The position numbers were made by a program, and so were the translations under genes. Shown one piece after another: positions 55,535 through 64,000 of a stretch of DNA of 64,000 nt. The stretch is from Candidatus Albibeggiatoa sp. nov. NOAA. GTDB taxonomy: Bacteria; Pseudomonadota; Gammaproteobacteria; Beggiatoales; Beggiatoaceae. Positions within the stretch are counted from its first letter, which is position 1. Every line of letters starts with the position of its first letter. The stretch is taken from assembly GCF_025800385.1 (NCBI RefSeq), contig NZ_JAOXRS010000223.1; one strand, 5' to 3'. Below the pieces are notes generated by a model, which made no database searches, was not told the DNA's origin, and saw only the letters and a list, made by a program, of their open reading frames with translations.

Positions 55535-56455
55535 ATGTTAAATCGGTTTTATATTTACCTGCTTTTACTTTGTGCGCCGCTTAGTGCACATAGCTTACAA
55601 ATCACCCAGCCACTGGTTGATACAGATTGGCTTGAGGAACATCAAAATGATGTTGTTATTTTGGATATTCGCGCCAAAGTGAAAAATTACACAAAGATTG
55701 GCCATATTCCAAATGCTGTATTGATTGAATGGAAAAAGCTTAGAGCAAACAAGCAAGTCGGTGATGTATTGTTAGAGAGACTTGTGCCGAATAAAGCCGA
55801 TTTCGCTACGTTTATGGAGTCTAAAGGCGTGAGTAATGACAGTGCTGTGGTGATTACCAGCCAAGGTAAAAATTCCAGTGATGTGACCATGGCAACCCGT
55901 TTATATTGGACAATGAAGTATTTCGGATTTGACAACATGGCCATTCTAAATGGTGGCACAGATAAATGGGTCGCTGATGGTTTTCCGATTACTAAGGAGG
56001 TGACTATTCCAAAACAAGGTTCTTTCACAATAAAAACTGAACGAATGGAATTACTGGCAACCACTTCTGATATTGAACAGGCAATTGTCGATCAAAATGT
56101 GCAGCTGATTGATACCCGCTCACTTAATTTTTATTTAGGTCTGACGATTAAACCTTATGTGTATAAAAAAGGTCATATCCCGACTGCCAAAAATTTCCCA
56201 CATGACATGATTACTTATTGGAAAGCTCCCGCTGTGATGATGGACATCAATGAAATTCAAACGTCACTGGATGCTTTAGGGATTGATGCACAGAAAACCA
56301 GTATTGCTTATTGTAATAGTGGTCATCTTGCGACAGGTGCGTGGTTTATTTTAAGTGAATTACTCAATAACAAAAATGCACGTTTATACGATGGCTCTAT
56401 GCACGAATGGACGAAAGACCCTAGCCGTCAAACTGTGATGATGAGAATGGAATAA
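55535..56455 (+). CDS. Periplasmic tandem-rhodanese sulfurtransferase (thiosulfate/3-mercaptopyruvate sulfurtransferase-like)
   Basis: RBS aaaggag. Signal peptide MLNRFYIYLLLLCAPLSAHS. Two rhodanese domains. Active-site loop YCNSGHLATG in the second domain. Confidence 0.8.
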   Translation: MLNRFYIYLLLLCAPLSAHSLQITQPLVDTDWLEEHQNDVVILDIRAKVKNYTKIGHIPNAVLIEWKKLRANKQVGDVLLERLVPNKADFATFMESKGVSNDSAVVITSQGKNSSDVTMATRLYWTMKYFGFDNMAILNGGTDKWVADGFPITKEVTIPKQGSFTIKTERMELLATTSDIEQAIVDQNVQLIDTRSLNFYLGLTIKPYVYKKGHIPTAKNFPHDMITYWKAPAVMMDINEIQTSLDALGIDAQKTSIAYCNSGHLATGAWFILSELLNNKNARLYDGSMHEWTKDPSRQTVMMRME

Positions 56456-56460
56456 AGCAT

Positions 56461-56533
56461 TAACAGACGATTGAGCAAAGTTTATGAAGTTAATCCGATA
56501 CATAAACAGTCTGCTTGATCGTCTGTTATTTTT
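56461..56533 (+). terminator. Long hairpin plus T-run after the rhodanese gene
   Basis: 11-bp inverted repeat taacagacgat...atcgtctgtta enclosing an inner gtttatg...cataaac pair, followed by TTTTT. Confidence 0.45.
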
Positions 56534-56553
56534 AAGTAAATGAGAGCAAATAT

Positions 56554-57099
56554 TTATTCATGGAACGGGGCAAGTTTTGAATTGACTTGTGCATCTAATT
56601 CAATCCAACGTGCAACCAACCACAATAAATCTGAAAGGCGGTTTAAGTAAACTAAAACCAATGGTTCAGTTAACAAACCTTGGTCTTTTAAATACACTGC
56701 TTGCCTTTCTGCTCGACGACATGTTGTTCGTGCCACATCATAGGCTGCAGCTGTTAGTTCATCACCAGAAACCGCCCAACCCGAAAATAAATCCTCACGT
56801 TGTTCTAAACGCTGCGCTGTTTCATTTAATCGATCAATCATCTCGGGAGTCATTTTGCGCTTAGTTTCTTTCTCAGGCACAGTTGCAATGATATTACCCA
56901 ATGTATACAGCTCAACTTGAATATCTTTAGTCAGTTGATTAAATTCTTCTGATTTACAAAGTGCTCTCGCATAGCCTAAATGTGCACCTAACTCATCGAT
57001 TGCCCCACATGCCTCAATACGAGCATCTGATTTCGGCACACGTAACCCAATCAATGAAGTAACACCCTCATCACCACGCTTTGTTGTAATACTACTCAT
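56554..57099 (-). CDS. ATP:cob(I)alamin adenosyltransferase, PduO/MMAB type
   Basis: TTKRGDEGVTSL N-terminus, ACGAIDELGAHLG, and the helical-bundle remainder with YLNRLSDLLW. Confidence 0.85.
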   Translation of the reverse strand: MSSITTKRGDEGVTSLIGLRVPKSDARIEACGAIDELGAHLGYARALCKSEEFNQLTKDIQVELYTLGNIIATVPEKETKRKMTPEMIDRLNETAQRLEQREDLFSGWAVSGDELTAAAYDVARTTCRRAERQAVYLKDQGLLTEPLVLVYLNRLSDLLWLVARWIELDAQVNSKLAPFHE

Positions 57100-57108
57100 G
57101 ATTTGACC

Positions 57109-58197
57109 TTATTTGATTAATACAGGTTCTACAATATCACCCTCACGCACAAATCCTTGTCCAACAGCAATAAAGCGCAAAGTCTCAGGTAAATTACGTA
57201 ACCACACTCCATCACTCGTTGATTGAGCTAATGTGGCAGGATAAAAGGCAACTTGGTTTTGCGCATCTACGGCTTTAATGCCTAATACCCCATTATCATT
57301 TAAAGATAACAATGAGGCTGACACTTTATGTGCCATAATATTTTCAACAGGAATTTCAATACTGGTGGTAATACCTGCAGCTAAAGTGCGTTGAGGGTTA
57401 GATACTTCAATCTCAATATTAAATGTGCGGGTGGCTTCGTTCGCTTGGCGACTAATTAAACTGATTTTACCTTGCACTTTTTGTCCCGTTACCAGTTTTG
57501 CCGTAACAGGTTGGCCTAGCTTCAAGTAAGGACGTTGTAATTCATTGATGTCTGCAATAATTAAGAAGGGGTCTTCATCCATCACTTCGGCAATCGCTGT
57601 GCCCGCAGTCACATAATCTCCAAGCTCCACATGACGCTCAACAAGTACGCCTGCAAAAGGGGCATACACTTTAGTATTTTGTAAATCAAGCTTAGCGCGC
57701 TTCAGTGCAGTACGTGCATTTTCAAGCGAAGCAAAGGCTTCTGCAATTTGAACCTCAGACTGATAGCCTTTTTTAGACAGGTTTTTCATTGCTTTATAGT
57801 TAAGTTCATGTTGCTTTAGGTTGGCTTGCGCTTCTTTAACCAGTAGTTGTCTTTCATCCGTAGCCAATTGCAATAATAAAGTGTCTTTTTTGACCCGTCC
57901 ACCACGCTCAACTTTAATTGCTACAACTTTCGCATCGATCTCCGCACGCAAGGTTGCAATACGATCAGGGGCTGTACGCCCAGTCAAAGTAATTTTACGT
58001 TGCAAAGGTTCAGCTTGTAGCACTTTCACCTGTACTTTTAAAGGTGGTTTGACCGTTGGTTCAATCACAGGTGTTGCTTGAATCGGTGTTGTTGACTCTT
58101 TTGTTTGGCCAGATAACAACCACAAAGCCAATGCGCTCGCAATCAACATTGCAATTAAGTAGGGTGGAGGCGTTAATGTTTTTAGTTTCATCATCAA
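57109..58197 (-). CDS. Efflux RND-type periplasmic adaptor (membrane fusion protein, HlyD_D23 family)
   Basis: N-terminal anchor, GRTAPDRIATLRAEIDAKV, a coiled-coil hairpin region, VYAPFAGVL lipoyl-like motif, and C-terminal beta-barrel/MP domains. Confidence 0.85.
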   Translation of the reverse strand: MMMKLKTLTPPPYLIAMLIASALALWLLSGQTKESTTPIQATPVIEPTVKPPLKVQVKVLQAEPLQRKITLTGRTAPDRIATLRAEIDAKVVAIKVERGGRVKKDTLLLQLATDERQLLVKEAQANLKQHELNYKAMKNLSKKGYQSEVQIAEAFASLENARTALKRAKLDLQNTKVYAPFAGVLVERHVELGDYVTAGTAIAEVMDEDPFLIIADINELQRPYLKLGQPVTAKLVTGQKVQGKISLISRQANEATRTFNIEIEVSNPQRTLAAGITTSIEIPVENIMAHKVSASLLSLNDNGVLGIKAVDAQNQVAFYPATLAQSTSDGVWLRNLPETLRFIAVGQGFVREGDIVEPVLIK

Positions 58198-58347
58198 AAT
58201 TCTAATGTAAATACGTTACCTTATAGTATATCTTAACTATTTATACTATTGAGTTTATTTGGAAAAATTTTAGGTACTTGACCATTTTACTGGTTACAGC
58301 TAAAGATACCCACTTTCTCAAATTTTCTATAGTATAACAATCTCGTA

Positions 58348-59124
58348 CTATCTTTCTCCTCGTGAATCATGCCCTGAGCCACTAGAGCTATTTGACGATG
58401 GGCGCGAAGAGCTGCTTGAGGGATTATGTGTCGGAGGAGGTGTATAGCTACGGTGACCACTATCATTACTCGTGTTGCGTGGTGGCGGTGGTTGTCTCAC
58501 AGGCTGGGTGTTCCGTGGGGCAGGCTGATAGCTTGGTTGTGTATTTCTTGGCTTGTGTACTTCATGGCGATCATAGCGAGTATCATTAGAGCTTGAGGAA
58601 CTTCGACTAGATGAACTTGTGCCATAACGATGACTCGGCGGAGAACGGTGTACAGGCTTTGCTACTTCCGAACGCTCATAACGACTATCATGGCTGGAGT
58701 GACGAGAGCTAGACGAAGAAGTTGAATGACGACTCGGTGAATGGCTATAAGGGCGGTTACGATTTGACGTGCGTGACTCGTAACGGTCTTTTTCATAAGT
58801 ATCACGGTATGGTTTATTACTTCTTGGTGGTGGTGCTGGTGGTCTGGGCTTATGTACTTCGCTACGTTCTCTACGGCTATCATATGTGCCTGAACGATTA
58901 CGATAATAGCGGTCATCATACCGTCTATCATAGTCATCATCATAGTGTCGATAATTACGATTTTCACGAGGATAATGACGGGGATAATCATTACGCGGGT
59001 AACTACGTGGATGACCGTGACGGTAATCTGGATCATCACGGCGATCATCGTGAATGGTAGCGCAAGACGACAAAAACAGCGTCACCACAATTAAGCTAAA
59101 ATAGGTAAATATACGACGTAACAT
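58348..59124 (-). CDS. Low-complexity Arg/Tyr/Asp/Ser/Pro/His-rich lipoprotein
   Basis: Clean signal peptide with lipobox LFLSSC. The mature part is almost entirely R, Y, D, S, P, H and N, with no hydrophobic core. Alternative frames here give only artefactual ORFs. Confidence 0.6.
   Translation of the reverse strand: MLRRIFTYFSLIVVTLFLSSCATIHDDRRDDPDYRHGHPRSYPRNDYPRHYPRENRNYRHYDDDYDRRYDDRYYRNRSGTYDSRRERSEVHKPRPPAPPPRSNKPYRDTYEKDRYESRTSNRNRPYSHSPSRHSTSSSSSRHSSHDSRYERSEVAKPVHRSPPSHRYGTSSSSRSSSSSNDTRYDRHEVHKPRNTQPSYQPAPRNTQPVRQPPPPRNTSNDSGHRSYTPPPTHNPSSSSSRPSSNSSSGSGHDSRGER
58543..58884 (-). repeat. Three dispersed copies of a 15-aa motif D(S/T)R(R/Y)(E/D)R(S/H)EV(H/A)KP within the low-complexity lipoprotein
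   Basis: YDSRRERSEVHKPRP (58840-58884), HDSRYERSEVAKPVH (58648-58692), NDTRYDRHEVHKPRN (58543-58587). Poly-Ser tracts separate the copies. Confidence 0.7.
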
Positions 59125-59568
59125 AACCTTTCCTTTGTAAACATCTTAGAACAAAGTATATAACTGATGTATGAAAAGGGAAATACTGCTTTTTTCTATG
59201 AATTATTTTTTGCTCTTTTTACCAGCCACTAGCCATTTTGTCTTTTTTCTACTTAACCCTAAGCATATTCTCTCCTAATTATATTTGCTTTTATAAAACC
59301 TGTTTGAAATCCAAAAATAACTATTTTCAAATTATCTTTACGCCTTATATTTTTACAAATTCAGATGGTTATAAAGTATGGCTCTTTTAAAATTAAAATG
59401 CGACTTTGTATAGAATTATCCAGTATAAAAATAGACCAAAGGAGGCAATATTCTTAACTATCTCGGCATAGAGTTTGAATCAGACAAGTTATTGACAGGT
59501 TTTTAGCTAAATGATAACTATCACAAGTTATTATATATTTGTTAACTAGTGACTAGGTAAGGGCTGCT

Positions 59569-61797
59569 ATGTTTGAACTAAAAAATATATCTATAAAGAA
59601 TAAATTACGGGCGGTTATTGTACTCACAACGACGCTTATTGCGCTCATTGCGACTAGCATTTTCATCGTGACAGATACTTTAAACCTACGTAAAACAGAA
59701 GTGGCTGATGGTTTTATTCTGGCTGAAATCATTGCAACACAAAATATCTCAAGCTTACTTTTTAATGAAAATGATAAAGCAAATAAAAATTTAACTGCAT
59801 TGCAGGCCAATCAACAAATTCTTAAAAGTTACATTTTTGACTATCAAGGCCATCCTTTTGCTAGTTACACAAAATCAGATAAAGACCTAACAATTGTAAC
59901 GGATTCATTAAAGCTAACAGATATTTATCCAGACGCTAAAAAAGTAGAAGATGACCAGTATTTTTTTAACGGTTATCAATTACATGTTTTCAAAGAAATC
60001 ACCTTAGAAGACGAACATATTGGTACGGTATATGTGCAAACTGATTTAGAACAAATGCGTCATTATTTATACCAAGCCACAGCCATTGTGCTATTTGTAA
60101 TGATTGCCTCATTTCTCATGTCTTTCGTGCTGGCTTCTTATTTTGAAAAATTAATCACACAGCCGATTCACAATTTACTCAGCGCAACCCGTGAAGTGTC
60201 TAAATATAAAGTCTACTCCGTTCGTGCCAAAGCAACAGGTAATGATGAACTAGGTCTTTTGACTAAAGAATTTAATACTATGCTAGAACAAGTAGAACAG
60301 CGCAGTATCCAACTGAATTTATATCGCGATCATTTGGCTGAAATGGTACAAGAACGAACCAAAGCCTTAACCGAACGTACGCAAGAATTGGTTGAAGCCC
60401 GCGATCAAGCGATGGCAGCCAACAAAGCTAAAGACACATTTTTAGCTAATATGAGTCATGAACTGCGTACACCATTGAATGCGATTTTAGGTTATACCCA
60501 AATACTAAATCGTAATAAAGCATTATCTTCTGAACAAGCCGAAGGCCTTAAAATTATTCAACAAAGTGGTGAATATTTATTAACGTTGATTTGCGATATT
60601 TTAGACTTATCCAAAATTCAAGCGGGTACAGTTGATTTTCATCCAAATGATTTTTATTTAAGACATTTTTTAGACAATATGGCGGATTTATTTAAAGTTC
60701 GAGCGCATCAAAAAGGCTTAGAATTTAAATATGAATTTGCTGAGGAATTGCCCAATGTAGTACGAACAGATGAGAAACGTTTGCGCCAAGTATTGATTAA
60801 CCTGATTGGCAATGCAATGAAATTTACCAATACAGGCGAAGTGCGATTCTTCGTAGCTTGTGATAATGGTCAAGTTAAATTTACTATTGAAGATACTGGC
60901 ATTGGAATTGACCCAGTTGATTTGCAGGATATTTTTGAGCCATTTCAACGAATTGGAGAGCAGGAATATCAATATGAAGGCACAGGCTTAGGTTTAGCAA
61001 TTACGAAAACATTGGTTAATATTATGGGAGGTGAATTACAAGCAACCAGTCAACTGAATCAAGGTAGTCAATTTTGGTTTAGCTTAGAGTTGCCTGAAAT
61101 TGCAACATCGATGAAACCACAAAAACCAATTGAGCACTATGCAGGTGAGGACAAACAATATTCCGTACTGATTGTTGATGATAAACCTGAAAACCGCTCA
61201 ATGTTGGTCAAACTGCTTGAGCCTTTGCATTTTGATATTGTGCAAGCAGGTGATGGTTACGAAGGCTTGGATAAAGTGGATGAGTTGCACCCTGATTTAG
61301 TAATTACTGACTTAATGATGCCTGTGATGGATGGGTTTGATATGGCTAAGGAAATCCGTAAACGTGATGAAATCAAACATACACCGATTATCGCGACTTC
61401 TGCCAGTGTATTTGAACATCACCAGCAAGCCAGCTTAGAGGCAGGTTGTAACTCATTTTTACCGAAACCGATTCGAGAGCAAGAGTTAGTTCAAGCGATT
61501 TCACAATATTTAGAATTAGCATGGTTAGACACGGTTAATTTAGCACCTGATGAAATCCAGCAGCAACAACCAACCATAGAAGCTGAATTAACAGAACAGC
61601 AGGCGCACACCATTTATGATTTGGCAGCAGTGGGTGATATTGATGCCATTATCGATTATGTGCAAGAACTCGAACAAATCACCCCAAACAACCATGAGTT
61701 TTACAATCAAATTATACACTTAGCAAATGACTTTGATTTGGATGAGATTCGAAACTTGGTCAAACCTTTTGTTGATGAGGCATGTTGTGTCGATTAA
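59569..61797 (+). CDS. Hybrid sensor histidine kinase (CHASE8-like periplasmic sensor - HAMP - HisKA - HATPase_c - REC - conserved C-terminal extension)
   Basis: Two TM helices around a roughly 140-aa periplasmic domain. HAMP (ITQPIHNLLSATREV...DELGLLTKEFNTMLEQV). H-box [53 protein letters not shown]...TDLMMPVMDG...KP. Confidence 0.9.
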   Translation: MFELKNISIKNKLRAVIVLTTTLIALIATSIFIVTDTLNLRKTEVADGFILAEIIATQNISSLLFNENDKANKNLTALQANQQILKSYIFDYQGHPFASYTKSDKDLTIVTDSLKLTDIYPDAKKVEDDQYFFNGYQLHVFKEITLEDEHIGTVYVQTDLEQMRHYLYQATAIVLFVMIASFLMSFVLASYFEKLITQPIHNLLSATREVSKYKVYSVRAKATGNDELGLLTKEFNTMLEQVEQRSIQLNLYRDHLAEMVQERTKALTERTQELVEARDQAMAANKAKDTFLANMSHELRTPLNAILGYTQILNRNKALSSEQAEGLKIIQQSGEYLLTLICDILDLSKIQAGTVDFHPNDFYLRHFLDNMADLFKVRAHQKGLEFKYEFAEELPNVVRTDEKRLRQVLINLIGNAMKFTNTGEVRFFVACDNGQVKFTIEDTGIGIDPVDLQDIFEPFQRIGEQEYQYEGTGLGLAITKTLVNIMGGELQATSQLNQGSQFWFSLELPEIATSMKPQKPIEHYAGEDKQYSVLIVDDKPENRSMLVKLLEPLHFDIVQAGDGYEGLDKVDELHPDLVITDLMMPVMDGFDMAKEIRKRDEIKHTPIIATSASVFEHHQQASLEAGCNSFLPKPIREQELVQAISQYLELAWLDTVNLAPDEIQQQQPTIEAELTEQQAHTIYDLAAVGDIDAIIDYVQELEQITPNNHEFYNQIIHLANDFDLDEIRNLVKPFVDEACCVD

Positions 61798-61886
61798 ATT
61801 TAATGATGCTGCTGTTGAAGAATCCCAACTCATGCCACACCTTTTAAAGTACATCTTGTATAGCAAATGCTTGGAAGGAGTGAGAA

Positions 61887-62261
61887 ATGAGTGATCTAAC
61901 AGCAAAAACATGTAAACCTTGTGAAGGCGGTGTAAAACCATTAACCATAGAAGAAGCACAAACAATGCTTGCTCAAGTCTCAGGTTGGGAGTTGGTTGAA
62001 AATAACACGGTAATCGTGCGCCAATTTAAATTTAAAAACTTTCATGAGACCATGGCATTTGTAAACGCAGTGGCTTGGGTTGCCCATCAAGAAGATCATC
62101 ATCCCGATGTATCATTCGGCTACAAAACATGTGAAGTGCGCTATAGCACCCATGCCATCGGTGGTTTATCTGAAAATGACTTTATTTGTGCAGCAAAAAT
62201 TGATAACTTACTGGGAAAACCTGTTGAACCCTTAGCTTATAAGACTCACACCGCGATTTAA
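61887..62261 (+). CDS. phhB: 4a-hydroxytetrahydrobiopterin (pterin-4a-carbinolamine) dehydratase
   Basis: RBS ggaaggag. F.F.NF..T..F.N.VA..A...DHHPD...GY..C.V..STH..GGLSEND pattern. Confidence 0.9.
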   Translation: MSDLTAKTCKPCEGGVKPLTIEEAQTMLAQVSGWELVENNTVIVRQFKFKNFHETMAFVNAVAWVAHQEDHHPDVSFGYKTCEVRYSTHAIGGLSENDFICAAKIDNLLGKPVEPLAYKTHTAI

Positions 62262-62262
62262 T

Positions 62263-62751
62263 ATGACCACACATTCACAACTTGCCCACAGCTTAGGCCA
62301 AGAGCTGCAAACACGCCAATGGAAATTAGCCACTGCCGAATCCTGCACAGGTGGTTGGGTTTCACAAGTGATTACCGAAATTGCTGGTAGCTCCACATGG
62401 TTTGATCGAGGTTTTGTCACTTATTCTAACCAAGCCAAACAAGAGATGCTCAATGTGTCTGAAATAACTTTGCAGCAACACGGTGCGGTCAGTGAGGCGA
62501 CGGTATTAGCGATGGCCAACGGTGCAATTCAAAATAGCCAAGCACAAGCCAGTATTGCAATCAGCGGCATTGCAGGCCCTAGCGGTGGCACACCTGATAA
62601 ACCTGTGGGCACGGTGTGGATTGCATGGGCAGTCAAGGATAAAGTACAAGCACAATGCTTTCATTTCCAAGGCAACCGACAACAAGTCAGACACCACGCC
62701 GTCACCGCCGCTTTACAAAACTTAACTCAATTCATTATTCATAACTCATAA
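62263..62751 (+). CDS. pncC: CinA C-terminal domain protein / nicotinamide-nucleotide amidase PncC
   Basis: LATAESCTGGW, VTYSN..K, GAVSE, AISGIAGPSGGT..KPVGTVWIA. Starts 1 nt after phhB. Confidence 0.85.
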   Translation: MTTHSQLAHSLGQELQTRQWKLATAESCTGGWVSQVITEIAGSSTWFDRGFVTYSNQAKQEMLNVSEITLQQHGAVSEATVLAMANGAIQNSQAQASIAISGIAGPSGGTPDKPVGTVWIAWAVKDKVQAQCFHFQGNRQQVRHHAVTAALQNLTQFIIHNS

Positions 62752-62753
62752 AC

Positions 62754-63515
62754 ATGCTTCATATTTCCAAACAAGGTCAAGGTCAGCCTGTAGTATTACT
62801 GCACGGCTGGGGTTTCAATCACAGTATTTGGTATCAAGTCGCACCATATTTAGCGCAACATTATCAAGTCTGGCAAGTGGACTTACCGGGGCATGGTCAA
62901 AGTGATTTATGCGATTATGAGCTTGATGTGTTGTTAGCACAGTTTGCAGAAACATTACCAAAAAATGCCATTTGGATAGGCTGGTCATTGGGTGGTTTGT
63001 TATCGATGGCGATGGCTCGCTGGCAGCCTGACTATGTAAATAAGTTATTTTTAATCGGCAGTTCGCCTTGTTTTGAGCAAAAAGCGGATTGGCCACATGC
63101 CATGCAAACCGAGGTGTTGCAACAATTTGGGCGTAATTTGCAAGCTGACAGCATTGGTACGTTAAAACGCTTTTTAGCTTTACAAGTTAAAAACAGTCCT
63201 GAAGCCAGACAGAATTTACGGGCTTTGCATCAATTAATGGAAACAGCAGGTTATCCCACATTGGAAGCATTACAAAGCAGTTTAGACTTTTTATTTAAAA
63301 CTGATTTACGTGCAGAACTCAATCAAATTCAAGTCCCAAGCTTGTTGTGTTTAGGGACACATGATGCACTTGTACCAATAAAGATGGCTGAATCTTGCCA
63401 AGTATTGTGGCCAGATTTAGAAATTGTCAAAATGCGTTCAGCGGCTCATATTCCGTTTTTATCTCATTTTGATGAATTTTGTACTGTTATGGATGATTTT
63501 TTACAGATTAAATAA
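62754..63515 (+). CDS. bioH: Pimeloyl-[ACP] methyl ester esterase BioH (alpha/beta hydrolase)
   Basis: VVLLHGWGFNHSIW, nucleophile elbow GWSLGG, and C-terminal AAHIPFLSH catalytic His region. About 250 aa. Confidence 0.8.
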   Translation: MLHISKQGQGQPVVLLHGWGFNHSIWYQVAPYLAQHYQVWQVDLPGHGQSDLCDYELDVLLAQFAETLPKNAIWIGWSLGGLLSMAMARWQPDYVNKLFLIGSSPCFEQKADWPHAMQTEVLQQFGRNLQADSIGTLKRFLALQVKNSPEARQNLRALHQLMETAGYPTLEALQSSLDFLFKTDLRAELNQIQVPSLLCLGTHDALVPIKMAESCQVLWPDLEIVKMRSAAHIPFLSHFDEFCTVMDDFLQIK

Positions 63516-63550
63516 TAAGACTTATATCAAAAAAGGTCACATAACCAGCC

Positions 63551-64000
63551 ATGCTTTCATTTATCCAAAAATTGTTTATCCATGATTTATTAGTTGAACT
63601 TAGCAAAGAAAAAATGACTGTTCAGTCACTTTCAGATGCAAATAATTCAATATACGAAGATGCACCTTGGATTGCAATTAAGGCTCAAAATAATAAAGAA
63701 ACGATAGTTGGGGTAGGTATAAAAGCAAAGTCTATGGCTGGGGCAAATATTAAAGTGGTGAATCCTTTTGACCATTCAAGAAGTTTTGTTGCTAGTTTCA
63801 ACTATGCAGAAAAAATCCTTCAGTATTCGATACATACATTTTGCAAATCAAGATTTCTGCGCCCATCCCCAAAAATAGTGATGCATCAATTAGAAAAAAC
63901 AGAGGGGGGATTAACCGATATAGAAGAGCGTGTTTTAATAGAATTAGCTAAAGCGTCTGGTGCTGTTGAGGTTCTAGTTTATACAGGCAGTCGCATAAAC
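63551..64000 (+). CDS. Conserved hypothetical protein, 3'-truncated by window edge
   Basis: ATG at 63551, and the frame stays open to base 64000 (not in the ORF track because no stop is reached). Translation: MLSFIQKLFIHDLLVELSKEKMTVQSL...VVNPFDHSRSFVASFNYAEKILQYSIHTF...PKIVMHQLEKTEGGLTDIEERVLIELAKASGA. It resembles a gammaproteobacterial family of small proteins with an actin/Hsp70-fold flavour. Assignment is tentative. Confidence 0.5.
   Translation, partial: MLSFIQKLFIHDLLVELSKEKMTVQSLSDANNSIYEDAPWIAIKAQNNKETIVGVGIKAKSMAGANIKVVNPFDHSRSFVASFNYAEKILQYSIHTFCKSRFLRPSPKIVMHQLEKTEGGLTDIEERVLIELAKASGAVEVLVYTGSRIN

Noticed and set aside
58392-59060. ORFs 58392-58589 (+), 58662-59048 (-) and 58722-59060 (+) overlapping the low-complexity lipoprotein gene
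   Set aside because: These are frame artefacts of low-complexity DNA. None has a plausible N-terminus or RBS. The 58348-59124 frame has a canonical lipoprotein signal.
1-64000. CRISPR arrays, tRNA/rRNA genes, prophage or integron features
   Set aside because: Scanning the intergenic regions by eye, I found no regularly spaced direct repeats, no cloverleaf-like GC-rich 70-90-nt segments, no rRNA-like stretches, and no integrase or phage structural genes. A dedicated tRNAscan/Infernal run would be needed to be certain about small RNAs.

Overview
A 64-kb chromosomal window from an AT-rich Gammaproteobacterium, roughly 38-40% GC by eye. I call about 49 protein-coding genes. I found no rRNA, tRNA, CRISPR array, transposase or integrase.

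Housekeeping genes: prpF (5'-truncated at the window edge), trpE, trpG, pilB-pilC-pilD, rseC, an HtrA/DegP protease, ppa, speE, an Smr protein, a FadL-family porin, rnfB, nadB, rsmJ, a slyB-like lipoprotein, ugd, a PduO-type adenosyltransferase, phhB, pncC/cinA and bioH.

Accessory content:
- a 1782-aa Ser/Thr-kinase/STAND-NTPase/TPR/GAF/adenylate-cyclase protein
- two paralogous hybrid histidine kinases
- several very large secreted proteins (vWA + ricin lectin, Ig-like, LamG + FN3, Pmp-like beta-helix)
- two sulfotransferases
- a Gly/Tyr-rich protein resembling sulfur-globule envelope proteins
- a periplasmic rhodanese
- an Arg/Tyr/Asp/Ser/Pro low-complexity lipoprotein

The sulfur-globule-like protein, the periplasmic rhodanese and the abundance of multidomain kinases suggest a sulfur-oxidising Thiotrichales/Beggiatoa-like organism. 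That is inference only.

The best candidate for an undescribed system is the five-gene minus-strand cluster at 28436-33514. It encodes an iGluR/GluR0-like ligand-gated channel, a tandem-duplicated voltage-sensor-like membrane protein with a coiled-coil tail, two small soluble proteins, and a 471-aa protein whose C-terminus looks like the EH-signature domain of ZorC (Zorya anti-phage defence). There are no ZorA/ZorB/ZorD homologues.

All family assignments come from reading the translations by eye. None has been confirmed by HMM or BLAST search.
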